From positions 1 through 64,000 of IMG/VR virus record IMGVR_UViG_3300017780_002571: a stretch of 64,000 bases of DNA; one strand, given 5' to 3'. The translations under genes and the position numbers were made by a program. This document shows positions 34,218 to 44,312 of this stretch, in pieces; the stretch's first letter is position 1; each line of letters begins with the position of its first letter. A model generated the notes under the pieces. That model had not been told where the DNA came from. It was given only the letters and a program-made list of their open reading frames with translations, and made no database searches. This DNA is from a virus.

Positions 34218-36947
34218 TCAGTGAGATATGGAATCAATAAGCCTGACAGCCACCAAAGGCTGCCCAGCCTCATAGCTTGTGTGAGTGGGGACCTCCAAGT
34301 CGGTTACATGAGTAGCCTCCAAGGACACCGAAGTATGCCACAACTCGCCCAATCCTGAGATGTGCGTAGCCTCTAAATGTTGACTCAGGTGGTGGACATC
34401 TAGTCCGAAATCGCGTAGGACTTCCCGGAACGCTACAAGGTCCCCGGATAGGGCTGCTTGAACTAGTGCCGCCGCCGCTATCCGAACCTGAAGGTCCAAG
34501 GTAGCTGACGTGTTCGGAGTCAGGCTAGCGTCAGCAGCTAGGCGAGATGCCTTAGCCATACTGGCTTGAGAGGATGCTAGGGCCGTAGCACTAGACCTCA
34601 TGGCCTTCTCTACAGCGATGGTGGCCTGCAGAGTGGACGCTACCAAAGCGATAGCAGCCAATGGTATCCGAGCCACTAGTGCAGCCGCTAGCACTGCCTG
34701 AGACTGAGATGTGGACCCCAGAGGCTTGCCTACCGACGCTGTACACGCCATCTGTGCAATTGATTGCACTGAGCTGGCAAGCTGAACGCTAATCTGCAAG
34801 GCCCCCGATAGCGCGGCGCGAGACTGAGCTGCAGCCTCCAATGGCACAGCAGTAGCGGCCAAAGACGAAGAGCTAGAAGCCTGCGCTACTGCCCCGGCCT
34901 GCAGACGTACTACGACTCCAAGAGTAGCTTGAACAACGGTGGCAGTCACAGCCGCTGCGGACAGCAACGAAACCGATTGACCCACTGCAGCCAGCCCAGA
35001 GGCTATGACTTGGGCGGAGGTCGCCAATGGCTTCGAGACCGAGACCTGAGCAGTCAGGGAACTGAAAGCCTGTGGTCCGGTGGCAAGGACTACCCGAACC
35101 CCAAGGCCGGAGGTCAGTACGGCTTGAACCTGTGGAGCTGCAGCCAGCGACACTCGAACGGTGGAGGCCCCCACCAAAGTTGCCTGCCCCAGCGCGGCAG
35201 ATGCAAGGGACTTGGAAACCTGCAGTGTGGCCCCAAGCGAGGCTGTGGCGGCACCCGTGGTGGCTAGGGTTGCGTTGCCCAGTGACTCCAGCTCGGAGGT
35301 GAATATGGCCAGAGCTGAGGGGCTGGCAGACAACCGGACCTGAACACCCAGAGAGGCGGTCCCGGTGGCTACAGCGTTGGCGACGGTACCTACTGGCTTG
35401 GACACCTGCAGGGCTGCAGACACTACCGTGGCCGTAGAGGCTAGGCTTCCAAGAATCTGGATGCTCTGGGAGACTGCGGCTATCGAGGTCGATATGCTTT
35501 GCGCGGCTGCAGCCAGAGGCACTGCATGGGCCACTGAAGCCGTCAGAGACGCAACCCCCTGAGCAGAGGCCCCTAGAAGGGGTCGAACACCCAAACTGGG
35601 GGTAAGGGTGGCAACTGCCTGTGATGCGCTGGCTAAGGGCACTCCAAGGCCCAGCGCGGGGGTAAGCGTTGCGATGGCCTGAGGCCCTGCCCCGAGTCGT
35701 GCCGTCACAGACACTGCAGCCGTCAGGGTTGAGGATGCCTGAGGGGCGCTGGCCAGAGCTACCCGAACCCCCAGAGGGGCAATCAGGGTGCTAACCGCTT
35801 GAGCAGCGCTTGCCAGAGGGACCCTCAGGTTCAGGGCGGCGGTCAGGGATGCAACTGCCTGAGCCGTGGTCGCTAGGGTGGAGTCCCCCAGAAGCGAGGC
35901 AGAGAGCTGGGCTAGGGCCGTGGCGCTGGAAGCCAGTGGCTTGCCCACTGCGAGAGATGCCGTAAGGCTGGATACCGCTTGAGCAGCACTGGTGCACTGA
36001 GCCCCATTGGCGAGGGGGGCAGACAGAGTGGCAATGGCTGTGCCAGTAGAGGCCAACGACACTCGCACACCCAACCCAGCGGACAGAGACGCCAGACCCT
36101 GAGGAGTTGCAGCCAGTCGAACCTGAGGGGCTACCGCTGCAGTAAGGGTGGCAGTTGCAGAGCCTGACGCCGACAGGGCCACACGATTCAGGACCCCCGC
36201 TGCCAAGGACGATTCAGCTAGTGCCGTGGCACCCAAGTCCTTAGAGACGGCAAGGGTGGCGGTGGCCGAGGCCGTTGCAACAGCGAGAGCCTCCAGCGTG
36301 TTGGCCCCGGCTGCGGCAGTGTCGAACTCGATCCACGATACCCGGACCTCCATCCCGAAGGTGGAAGACATGGAGGCCTGTGCAACCGCCCCGGCAGCTA
36401 GACTAACCACAACTGTGGTCGATGCAGTCGTGGTGCTCAGGGCAGATGCATTCGCTGACAACGACACGCCGGAGGTTAGTGCTGAGAGGGCAGTCGCCTG
36501 TCCTGTAGCCAAAGTTGCCAGTGGCTTGCCTACGGAGGCCTCTGCACTTAGGGCACCAATTGCCTGAGGGGTAGCGGCTAGCCTTGCACCAACCGCCAGA
36601 GCTGCGGTGGCCGTGGCAACCCCAGTTGGGCCAGCCTGCATGCGAACAGTAGGCTGGACCCCGGCAGTCAGTGTGGCAATGGCAGTAGGTGCGGATTGCA
36701 GCCTAGCAGTCTGGAGTATCGCCCCAGTAGCCGTGGCGGTTACGGTGGCCGTGGCTCCGAGGAACTTCTGAACCCGCAAGCCTGCAGTGGCCGTTGCAAT
36801 TGATTGCACAGCCGAAGCCAGAGTACCGTCCCCACTTGGAGGAGTCCCCACCACAAGCCCGGTGTCAAACCAAGCTTCAGGGCGTAGCTCCGCATCAAAC
36901 CAAGCGTCTGGACGTAGCTCCCCGTCGAACCAGCCCAGTTGGCTCAT
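34218..36947 (-). CDS. Ala/Ser/Thr-rich repetitive virion protein (~20-aa period)
   Basis: Dozens of (V.V.)LA....A.A.L.A.L repeats; N-terminal WFD.ELRP repeats. Confidence 0.75.
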   Translation of the reverse strand: MSQLGWFDGELRPDAWFDAELRPEAWFDTGLVVGTPPSGDGTLASAVQSIATATAGLRVQKFLGATATVTATATGAILQTARLQSAPTAIATLTAGVQPTVRMQAGPTGVATATAALAVGARLAATPQAIGALSAEASVGKPLATLATGQATALSALTSGVSLSANASALSTTTASTTVVVSLAAGAVAQASMSSTFGMEVRVSWIEFDTAAAGANTLEALAVATASATATLAVSKDLGATALAESSLAAGVLNRVALSASGSATATLTAAVAPQVRLAATPQGLASLSAGLGVRVSLASTGTAIATLSAPLANGAQCTSAAQAVSSLTASLAVGKPLASSATALAQLSASLLGDSTLATTAQAVASLTAALNLRVPLASAAQAVSTLIAPLGVRVALASAPQASSTLTAAVSVTARLGAGPQAIATLTPALGLGVPLASASQAVATLTPSLGVRPLLGASAQGVASLTASVAHAVPLAAAAQSISTSIAAVSQSIQILGSLASTATVVSAALQVSKPVGTVANAVATGTASLGVQVRLSASPSALAIFTSELESLGNATLATTGAATASLGATLQVSKSLASAALGQATLVGASTVRVSLAAAPQVQAVLTSGLGVRVVLATGPQAFSSLTAQVSVSKPLATSAQVIASGLAAVGQSVSLLSAAAVTATVVQATLGVVVRLQAGAVAQASSSSSLAATAVPLEAAAQSRAALSGALQISVQLASSVQSIAQMACTASVGKPLGSTSQSQAVLAAALVARIPLAAIALVASTLQATIAVEKAMRSSATALASSQASMAKASRLAADASLTPNTSATLDLQVRIAAAALVQAALSGDLVAFREVLRDFGLDVHHLSQHLEATHISGLGELWHTSVSLEATHVTDLEVPTHTSYEAGQPLVAVRLIDSISH
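34754..34769. repeat. 16-bp palindromic site
   Basis: GTGCAATTGATTGCAC, in CDS. Confidence 0.8.
36794..36809. repeat. 16-bp palindromic site
   Basis: TTGCAATTGATTGCAC, in CDS. Confidence 0.8.
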
Positions 36948-38141
36948 TTACTTCTCCATTACTACCAGTTCACCAGCAAAGAACGTAGCGGTGGTGGAAC
37001 TAGCCAGTATGCAATGGTGGATACACGATCCGTTGTACAGGCGTATACCCGGGCTCCCGATGACCTTCTGTGCAGTGACGTTGGGTATGGTGGTGCCAAT
37101 GGTGGTGATACCCCGGGCAATAAGCAGGTTTACCGTCCCGGTCAAGAATGACGTTGCCCCGATGTTGAACCCTTGGATGCTCCGCACTCCAGTGTCCCCA
37201 GCCGCAAGGTTGAACCAGACCAGAGTACCGATTACGGGGGTGGCTGGAATCTGGGAGCCCTGAATGCCCGTCAGGGTGGCGATTCTGTTTGCCACTCCAC
37301 GGCTGTTGGTGTATGTCACTTGAGCCAAGGCGTTGACTGCGGCAAGAGTGGACGCGGCGCTGAAGTACAGGCCAATAATACAGCCCTCACCGTCCGTGGT
37401 CCCGTTCAAGTCTCGTGGCGGAAGGGTGGGGCTTGCAATGGCCTGAACCGACGAAACCGTGGTCAAGCTGATACCGCTGTTGACCCACAGCGTGTCGTAG
37501 AAGTAGTGCGAGTGGCCGATGCTGGACGCCATCTGAACCTCAGTCAGATAGTTGGCCCCCACCGAGGGATTAGGAATAGGGATACATCCGAAGTCCGCTG
37601 TCAGAGCGCCGTCAGTGATTCGCCCGTTTATACCCGGGGTGCCGGGTGCCCATGCTCCGGGAAAGCCTGCGTCCTTGGAGGTCCCATACCAGTACCCAAC
37701 CGTGTCTGCACCCCCAGCCGATTTCATGAAGCTAACACTGCGACCATTGTAGGAGCCCAAACCTGCAGGTGGGTACGCTCCACCCCGTGCGTCAAGGTGT
37801 ACGAACGAACCATCTTCCTGATAGCCAAGGGTCTCCCCGGGTAGCAGGATGCAGGAAAACAACTCCACTTGGTTGGTGCCATCAAAGTGATCCACAGCAA
37901 CCACGCAGCTTGTGCCCGGGCTGTCATTCGTGATGTACAGGCCCTTCAAGTTTCGAGTCACACCAGACCCGGGAGAAGGCACTACCGTTGTGGTGGTTGC
38001 CGTGCTGATGATGGTGTTCTGGCGGCCCGGGGTTACCGTGGTGCCGTTGGTGTCCATCCAGCTTGCATGGCAGTCAATAGTGGAGGCCGCTGCGCTGGTT
38101 ACAACGCGAACAACGTCTGAGATAGAGGTTAGGAGCAACAT
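36948..38141 (-). CDS. Putative virion structural protein
   Basis: Beta-rich, LPPRD.NG..DG.G, L.AGDTGVRSI; in late operon. Confidence 0.65.
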   Translation of the reverse strand: MLLLTSISDVVRVVTSAAASTIDCHASWMDTNGTTVTPGRQNTIISTATTTTVVPSPGSGVTRNLKGLYITNDSPGTSCVVAVDHFDGTNQVELFSCILLPGETLGYQEDGSFVHLDARGGAYPPAGLGSYNGRSVSFMKSAGGADTVGYWYGTSKDAGFPGAWAPGTPGINGRITDGALTADFGCIPIPNPSVGANYLTEVQMASSIGHSHYFYDTLWVNSGISLTTVSSVQAIASPTLPPRDLNGTTDGEGCIIGLYFSAASTLAAVNALAQVTYTNSRGVANRIATLTGIQGSQIPATPVIGTLVWFNLAAGDTGVRSIQGFNIGATSFLTGTVNLLIARGITTIGTTIPNVTAQKVIGSPGIRLYNGSCIHHCILASSTTATFFAGELVVMEK

Positions 38142-38212
38142 GGCGTAGGCTTCGCGGTAGTGGACTAGGTTGAGTTTATCAGATGCAGGTTGGGAGGCAC
38201 TGGATTCTGAGA

Positions 38213-38662
38213 CTACTCAGTTGAAGTTAATTGCAAAGATAGCCCAGCCCCAGCCGTGATGCTGGCTATCTGGGGGGCGGTCAAGGTTTGGGAGTACAGC
38301 GTGTCAGTGCCCGTCAAGGCGTGGCTCCACGTGGCAATAGTCGTGCCCCCTTGCCGTAGAGTTACGGTCAGGCCGTTCCCGGAGCTGGAACTGGCACGGT
38401 ACCTAAGCACCTGAATGGCACTCCCCGGATGGGAGGTCTCCGATAAGGCCACCTCACAAGTGCTGAGGGACCTAACGTAGATGTAGTCCGCATCATTAGG
38501 GGTCTCCTCGTCCAACATGGAATAGAGGTCGGTACCAGTGCTTGGTAGCCACTCCCCCAACCCCACATCAGTAGAGGGTCTGCCAAGGGTACCAACAGAG
38601 ACAACTGAGCCCCAGAATCCTGCGGACCAGAAGCCGGGAGCCCAGAAGCCGGGAGCCCACAT
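38213..38662 (-). CDS. Putative virion protein with N-terminal WAPGF repeats
   Basis: MWAPGFWAPGFWSAGFWG; 15-bp DNA repeats. Confidence 0.65.
   Translation of the reverse strand: MWAPGFWAPGFWSAGFWGSVVSVGTLGRPSTDVGLGEWLPSTGTDLYSMLDEETPNDADYIYVRSLSTCEVALSETSHPGSAIQVLRYRASSSSGNGLTVTLRQGGTTIATWSHALTGTDTLYSQTLTAPQIASITAGAGLSLQLTSTE
38221..38236. repeat. 16-bp palindromic site
   Basis: TTGAAGTTAATTGCAA, at gene end. Confidence 0.75.
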
Positions 38663-41600
38663 TATGAAGGCCTCATTGGGTCAAGGGTGGTACCGGAGCC
38701 CTGCAGGTCCACCCCGTTCACCTCTCGCACGTCTGATGCAATGGGGTTAGCGTTAGCTGCAGTCAGCACGTTAGCAGGTACGTTCCCCACTGCGGTCAAC
38801 ACGGCTGAGATGTCTCCGGTAATGACAGGGGAGCCCAGTGTCTGGTAGGCCACCACGTGGTCAGGGGCTAGGAAGATGTTACCAGTGCTTCCCGCTGTGT
38901 CGATGATGTCCCGGCTGGACAACGTAGTGGCGTCCCGTCCGTACCCACCAGTGACCAACAGGTCCACCGCACTCACGTTTCTGATCTTCATGCTGGACAA
39001 CAAGTAGTTGGCTGGGTCTGGGGCAGAGATGTACGTGAAGTCGTTGGCGATACCTGCCGCAGTGTAGGTCCAGTACGCAAACGCAGCATAGATTTCACCC
39101 CACGTGACCAAGCCTCCAGCGATGTTGCAGTTTACGAGGTCCACCGCGTTGTCAGTGAATGTGATCCCCGTAATCGAGGAGCCAACCAAGCCATTGGCGT
39201 TGTAGGTCGCATCCGGCACCTGTGACACGATGTACTCCCGGGCACAGGTCTCGGCGGTGATCCCGCAGGTACCAGCCAAGTATTCCTTGAACTGATCTGC
39301 GTCAGCGCCATTCACTCTGGCCACTCGAACACGGATGTCACGGGAGAGGACTGCAGGCGCTGGGTCTACCCAAGAGTACCCGGATATGCCGTTGAATAGT
39401 TCAACGTCATTTTTGTAGTCGTAAATCTGGACTCGACTAGCCGGAGGAACCCCAAGCAAAGTCACGGACTGAGTGACTGAAGGGGTCTGCACCGTGATGC
39501 TCGGGCCAGTGTTCACGAACGACACTCCGACTGGTGCCTCCACGATCACAGCCCCGCCAGACGTGTTCACCAGCGTGACCGTGCCCGAGAAGACGGTAAG
39601 GCCCATGGCGTAGGTGCCAGCGGCTTCAAAGCGGATGGTGCACCCAGACAGTCGGTACGTGTGCACTCCCGGTGCCGCCAACCGCAGAATGCCTCCAGAA
39701 AGGGTGCCATCCGTGCTCATTCCCGGCCACGAGACTTCGCAGTTAGTGGGGACAGTAAACGTGATGTCATCCGTGGTGGTGAGCAGCACTGGGGAGTCTA
39801 CGTTCAAGCAGGCCCAAGCCTGAATGTAGTCATACACCTTGTGGAACGTGTTGGCCGTACCCGCCCCGATGGTAATGCTGGGCGTAACGGTGTTTAGGGT
39901 CACACCTGTGTATGCAATGGCCTCGGCCTCCAACACCCCCACGAACGGGTTTACTTCCTGTGTCGTGGAAGTCTCATTGATCTTGTACCCGTAGTGGCGG
40001 GACCGTTGGATCATGTTCCCGATAACCGTACCGGACAACCAGCACTTGCCAGTTACGGAGGTGGTCTGATGCTCAAACCGGAATTCCACGGGTCCTGTCT
40101 GGCCTGAACTTTGAACGTAGTCCAAGGTGAAGTCCCACCACGTGTCAGTGACATCTGGCATGGTCTGAGTGACTGTGACTCCGAATCCGACAATGCTTAC
40201 GGTTGGACGGGTCCCAGAGCCATACGCAGCGTCCTTGCGCAGACTCCCCTTCACGCGGATAGGCACCCCGGATATCGTCTGGATGGTTTGAACTCTGGCC
40301 ATGACGTAGGTGTGCGAGAACCTACCAACCAAGCTGCTTGGGGAATTCTTGGCCAACACGTTGTCTCTCGACCATAGCGGTACAGAGCTATTCAAGTGGG
40401 CGGAGTACACCTGTTGAATGGTGGGGTCGCCGTTCACGCCATTCACCGTGTAAAACGTCTGCAAGGGTGCAGCTTGCAGGTACACGTTCTCTAACCAAGA
40501 AACAGGCCACGAGTGGGCATTAGGGAACGGCGTGTCACAGTTCACGTACTCAACCTCGCCAGACCCAGAAGCACGCCCTATGGAGCGGCGGTTACCTGAG
40601 AACCCAGTCACGAACTTAGCGAACGAGGAATCTACAAATTTCGTAATGCCAGTGCCGTAGGCTACTAGCTCGTAACCGTAGGTCTCCAGACCATAGTGAG
40701 TTAAATACCCCCCCGAGTTTATCCACATAGGGATGGTAGTCCCGGATAGGTGAAGGTTTCGAGTCACGCACTTCAGGTTACCTCTGAAATCTGCACCCTG
40801 ATCTGGCCGAGACCAAACTGAGGCCCATCCCGTTATCTCCTCTGGGGCGCTATACCCGCTAATCTCAAAAGCATGACCTCCAATCAGGGTTTGGTAGAAC
40901 ACATTTTCAAAGTTAGGAAAAGTGGTGGAGGTACCGCCCGTAACTCGAAGGCCCCTGCTGTGCTCAAAAAAAGCATTGGAGTTGATCCCCCCAATAGAGT
41001 GGTCGATACGGTCCCCGCCCATCATAATGTCGAGGCTGTAGGCCCAACCAACCCCCAGACTATCAAATAGGACGTTTTCCACAAAAGTGGATCGAACCGC
41101 ATCGGTAGAGCCTGTCAGGTACTGCTCACTGTTGTTGAACCCGTCTTGGCGGCTTAGATGTATGTGACCTCGCTGCCCGTCCGCCTTGTTGAAACTCTCA
41201 AAGATCACGTTGGAAGTAAAGTTACAGACAAGACCTCCCACCAAATGCGGGTTGTTAGTGGTGTTGCCTCCAGCCCCACTTCCAGTGAACGTGATAGTGG
41301 CAATAGTGCCTGCCCCGGGGGTGATGCTGGCAATGAAGACCGTACTGGCCCGGAGGGCAGTGGAGCCATTGCGAGGTTGAGTGGCGGAGAAGATCAGGCG
41401 GTCGCCAACTTCCCACCCAGTGGCGTCGGACACTTGAAAAGAGGTGGACACGTCTTGGGTAAGCGTGGTCAACAGGTTTGCTCTGCGCTTACGAAACTTC
41501 CCACGAAGGACGTGATAGTTAGAGTCCTGCTGAATCCGCAGACTTTGGGACCCCCACCCGCCTAGCCCGGGAAGTAACCACTTAAACGTGCGAGTTGGAT

Positions 41601-42141
41601 GGGCTAGAAGATCAACGGCCAGCTTACCCCCTCCGTAGCAGGTGGAGACCGCGATAGTACGGAGCTGGGTGGACATCGTGGTGGCCGCTTGGAACGTGGC
41701 ACCAACGTGAACAAACAGCGCGTCTACCACAGTATCGGCCATGTCAAAGACCATCACATAGGGGCGGGCAATAAACACCCCCGCGCCAGAACCTCCAAAG
41801 TAGCCTCCTTGGTCCACCAGAGGAGTGCCTCCGGGGGTTCTCGCAATTTGAAAAGTATTAGCCGTCACGTTCCTCATGTAGTACACGTTGCTGTACATGA
41901 GTGGGGCACGCACCTGAGCCCCGGTAGGGCAGCCGAGTACAAAGGGCTCGTCATTAACGTACCCGTGGGCGTTTGAGGTGACGGTGAGGATGGACCCCGG
42001 TGCTTGGGGAATGGCCGTGATCAGAGTCCGAGGGTTGCCAATCGTCACCTGATCTAGGGAGTCGGGTACAAGACCCGTAGACCAAGCGGATGGGTTGGAC
42101 CAATTCCCACCTGTACCCGGCACCGTTGTGACTGCTGGCAT
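38662..42141 (-). CDS. Large virion/fibre protein (G8-like N-terminus, beta-helix-like core)
   Basis: GNWSNP.AW..G.VP...D.V.I; beta-rich 1159 aa. Confidence 0.65.
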   Translation of the reverse strand: MPAVTTVPGTGGNWSNPSAWSTGLVPDSLDQVTIGNPRTLITAIPQAPGSILTVTSNAHGYVNDEPFVLGCPTGAQVRAPLMYSNVYYMRNVTANTFQIARTPGGTPLVDQGGYFGGSGAGVFIARPYVMVFDMADTVVDALFVHVGATFQAATTMSTQLRTIAVSTCYGGGKLAVDLLAHPTRTFKWLLPGLGGWGSQSLRIQQDSNYHVLRGKFRKRRANLLTTLTQDVSTSFQVSDATGWEVGDRLIFSATQPRNGSTALRASTVFIASITPGAGTIATITFTGSGAGGNTTNNPHLVGGLVCNFTSNVIFESFNKADGQRGHIHLSRQDGFNNSEQYLTGSTDAVRSTFVENVLFDSLGVGWAYSLDIMMGGDRIDHSIGGINSNAFFEHSRGLRVTGGTSTTFPNFENVFYQTLIGGHAFEISGYSAPEEITGWASVWSRPDQGADFRGNLKCVTRNLHLSGTTIPMWINSGGYLTHYGLETYGYELVAYGTGITKFVDSSFAKFVTGFSGNRRSIGRASGSGEVEYVNCDTPFPNAHSWPVSWLENVYLQAAPLQTFYTVNGVNGDPTIQQVYSAHLNSSVPLWSRDNVLAKNSPSSLVGRFSHTYVMARVQTIQTISGVPIRVKGSLRKDAAYGSGTRPTVSIVGFGVTVTQTMPDVTDTWWDFTLDYVQSSGQTGPVEFRFEHQTTSVTGKCWLSGTVIGNMIQRSRHYGYKINETSTTQEVNPFVGVLEAEAIAYTGVTLNTVTPSITIGAGTANTFHKVYDYIQAWACLNVDSPVLLTTTDDITFTVPTNCEVSWPGMSTDGTLSGGILRLAAPGVHTYRLSGCTIRFEAAGTYAMGLTVFSGTVTLVNTSGGAVIVEAPVGVSFVNTGPSITVQTPSVTQSVTLLGVPPASRVQIYDYKNDVELFNGISGYSWVDPAPAVLSRDIRVRVARVNGADADQFKEYLAGTCGITAETCAREYIVSQVPDATYNANGLVGSSITGITFTDNAVDLVNCNIAGGLVTWGEIYAAFAYWTYTAAGIANDFTYISAPDPANYLLSSMKIRNVSAVDLLVTGGYGRDATTLSSRDIIDTAGSTGNIFLAPDHVVAYQTLGSPVITGDISAVLTAVGNVPANVLTAANANPIASDVREVNGVDLQGSGTTLDPMRPS

Positions 42142-42249
42142 GCTGACCTCTATTTGATTGATTTCAAGATAGGCAGTCTACCAGACTCACACCTGTGAGG
42201 GCTCGAACTGCCCTAGCTAGAGGGGCAACAAGGCCCCTCCCGTAGTCAC

Positions 42250-42720
42250 TTAGTTGTCCAGTTGGAAAGACAAGCTGGAGATGGGGAATGTCACGGCATC
42301 CCCGGAGTTGATCACCTTGGTAGCAGTCAGGGCGGAGTACACCAACAGGTTACCGCCAGTCAGGGCGTCATAGATGCCCACACCTGTGAGAGTGCCCCAG
42401 CCAGAGGGGGTAGGGGTTGGGAAAGTGATCACTGCATTGTTGCTGGTGGTCCCAGTGTTCCCGGAGGATGCAACCGTGGTCGTAGGGCCTTGAGTACCAG
42501 CCCAATTGGCCATGGAGGAGGCCACGGACACCCGGGCGTAGGCGTTACCAGCCACCTCAGTACCCGCAGTGGAGTCGGTTGGGTTGGCAGTCAACAAGCC
42601 AATGAACAAGGCGGTTGGGCCGGAGCCTGCGCCAGCACTGCCACCAGTGATGCCCAAGGCCTGACCGCGAAACAGCCAGTCGATCAATTTGTTTTCAGCG
42701 AAATCGGAAAAGGCAGACAT
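42250..42720 (-). CDS. Conserved phage tail-associated structural protein
   Basis: SDFAENKLID, E..G..YARV, N...ITFP, IYDALTGGNLL. Confidence 0.75.
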   Translation of the reverse strand: MSAFSDFAENKLIDWLFRGQALGITGGSAGAGSGPTALFIGLLTANPTDSTAGTEVAGNAYARVSVASSMANWAGTQGPTTTVASSGNTGTTSNNAVITFPTPTPSGWGTLTGVGIYDALTGGNLLVYSALTATKVINSGDAVTFPISSLSFQLDN

Positions 42721-42760
42721 GAAATTCTCCTAGGTGGATAAAGTTAAACCAAACACCCCT

Positions 42761-43366
42761 CTAGGAGGTGACTTCTTTCGTAACGGACACGGGGCCAGTC
42801 AGAATGCACGTAACCACGCCAGTTGGAGATTCTACCTCCAGATCGTACACCCCGGAAGTAAAACTCAGGGCTGCAGTCTCAGTGGCGGTTAGCTGAATGG
42901 TGATGGTGAAGCCTGATACGTCCAGAGCGATCCGTCCATCAACGGAGCCCAAGGATAGGAGCAGGTCTCCATCCACCTTTCGCTTGATGTGCATTCGAGC
43001 CACGTAACCTGTAAGGTCCACGGGACTGTAGAACTGGAGGAACCCGCCGCCAGCGTAAGACTTGGAGGCTGCAGTGCTAACCCCGTTGAGCTCCACCGAA
43101 GTAGAGGAGACCACCGTAGCTTTCTTGAAGTCCTTGGGGGCTGGAGGACTCTTCGAGGCATTGAGCTCAGAAGGCCCTTTAACGCCCACCAGAGCCACTC
43201 TCCAGCCGTTGGGAATACCATGGGGTAGGGCAGTGCTAATAACCGCTGAGGCGGCATTAGATATGCCTGATACCGGAACTGAGAGGAATGGCTCAGCCTC
43301 CCAGCGCACGGCTTGAGATAAGGTGCGACCCTTCTCAATCACTAACGGGAAGAGAGTACCGGGCAT
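42761..43366 (-). CDS. Virion protein (FCCH-like insert, BppU-like C-terminus)
   Basis: ISNA.SAVI....HG...G..V; PVDLTGY.ARM; GVYDLEV. Confidence 0.65.
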   Translation of the reverse strand: MPGTLFPLVIEKGRTLSQAVRWEAEPFLSVPVSGISNAASAVISTALPHGIPNGWRVALVGVKGPSELNASKSPPAPKDFKKATVVSSTSVELNGVSTAASKSYAGGGFLQFYSPVDLTGYVARMHIKRKVDGDLLLSLGSVDGRIALDVSGFTITIQLTATETAALSFTSGVYDLEVESPTGVVTCILTGPVSVTKEVTS

Positions 43367-43683
43367 TAAAGGCCCCCATGAGTGATAGTCACGGATTGGG
43401 TAGCGCCAGCCGACAGCAAGGCTACACAATCATGGCTGCTATGGCGCTTGAAGTGTCGAACTGTGCCGGGTGGGACGTACTGGGAGGCTGGAGTAGCCAC
43501 GGGAGACGAGGCAAACGGGCCACTCGTGATGTAGACCCCAACAGGTCCGGGGTTGGACACCGACAGGATACTACTGGTAGTGGCAGCGTTGGCTTGAGCC
43601 CCTGCGGACCACTGAGTAATGGCGGAGGCTCCCGTGGCTGAAATGACTTGGCCAACTGCGTGGAGGGAAAAAATGTGTGACAC
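43366..43683 (-). CDS. Hypothetical protein
   Basis: RBS AAGGAG, GTG start. Confidence 0.65.
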   Translation of the reverse strand: MSHIFSLHAVGQVISATGASAITQWSAGAQANAATTSSILSVSNPGPVGVYITSGPFASSPVATPASQYVPPGTVRHFKRHSSHDCVALLSAGATQSVTITHGGL

Positions 43684-43707
43684 GATGGGCTCCTTAATTA
43701 CGTGGCG

Positions 43708-43736
43708 AGTTTACAGATTCAAACATTGGTGGTCAA
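43708..43736 (-). promoter_or_regulatory. Sigma70-like promoter
   Basis: TTGACC-17-TAAACT. Confidence 0.6.
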
Positions 43737-43751
43737 GGTGAGAGATGGGGT

Positions 43752-43767
43752 TTGCAGTTAATTGCAC
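43752..43767. repeat. 16-bp palindromic site
   Basis: TTGCAGTTAATTGCAC, overlapping a stop codon, upstream of a promoter. Confidence 0.8.
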
Positions 43768-44312
43768 AGAACCTGATCCGGCTCATACTTATGACTTCTG
43801 CCAGAGAACTTACGGTGGCTCAGCCCCCTGTCTATGTTCCAGCGGTACCCTACCCAGTCCATGTGCACATAGGGTAACAGAGACTGAAGTCCATAACTAC
43901 TAAGGGCTATCTTGTCTAACCCCTGAATGATGTCCTGATGCTGTGGAATCAAGGGCATGAGTAGCTCCCGTCTCGCCACCCACAGGTGGTGGAATGGCCT
44001 AGCCGCCTGCACCTGACCGTCCTTGCACGCATGCTCCATGGTGAAGAGAGAGGAATGCCCTCCCCGCTCCATCTCCTCTACCACCTTCTCCATGGTATTA
44101 GGGGTCACGGTGTCATCGTCATCCAAGAAGGTCACGTACTTAGCAGTGCCCATCTGGAAGCCTTCCATGCGACCCCTCGTGATGTCCCCACGATACCCGG
44201 GGAGCACGAACACGTTGCAGGCCTGCCCTTGCAAAGACTCCAAAGCCTCATCAAGCCAAGCCTGATTGAGGTCCGGGTTAGTCAGGACGTGGCAGTCTAT
44301 ATCGTAGGTCAC
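43758..44312 (-). CDS. Glycosyltransferase family 2-like
   Basis: WL.EALESL..Q, R..GF..G.A.YVTFLDDDD (DxD motif). Confidence 0.8.
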   Translation of the reverse strand: MTYDIDCHVLTNPDLNQAWLDEALESLQGQACNVFVLPGYRGDITRGRMEGFQMGTAKYVTFLDDDDTVTPNTMEKVVEEMERGGHSSLFTMEHACKDGQVQAARPFHHLWVARRELLMPLIPQHQDIIQGLDKIALSSYGLQSLLPYVHMDWVGYRWNIDRGLSHRKFSGRSHKYEPDQVLCN

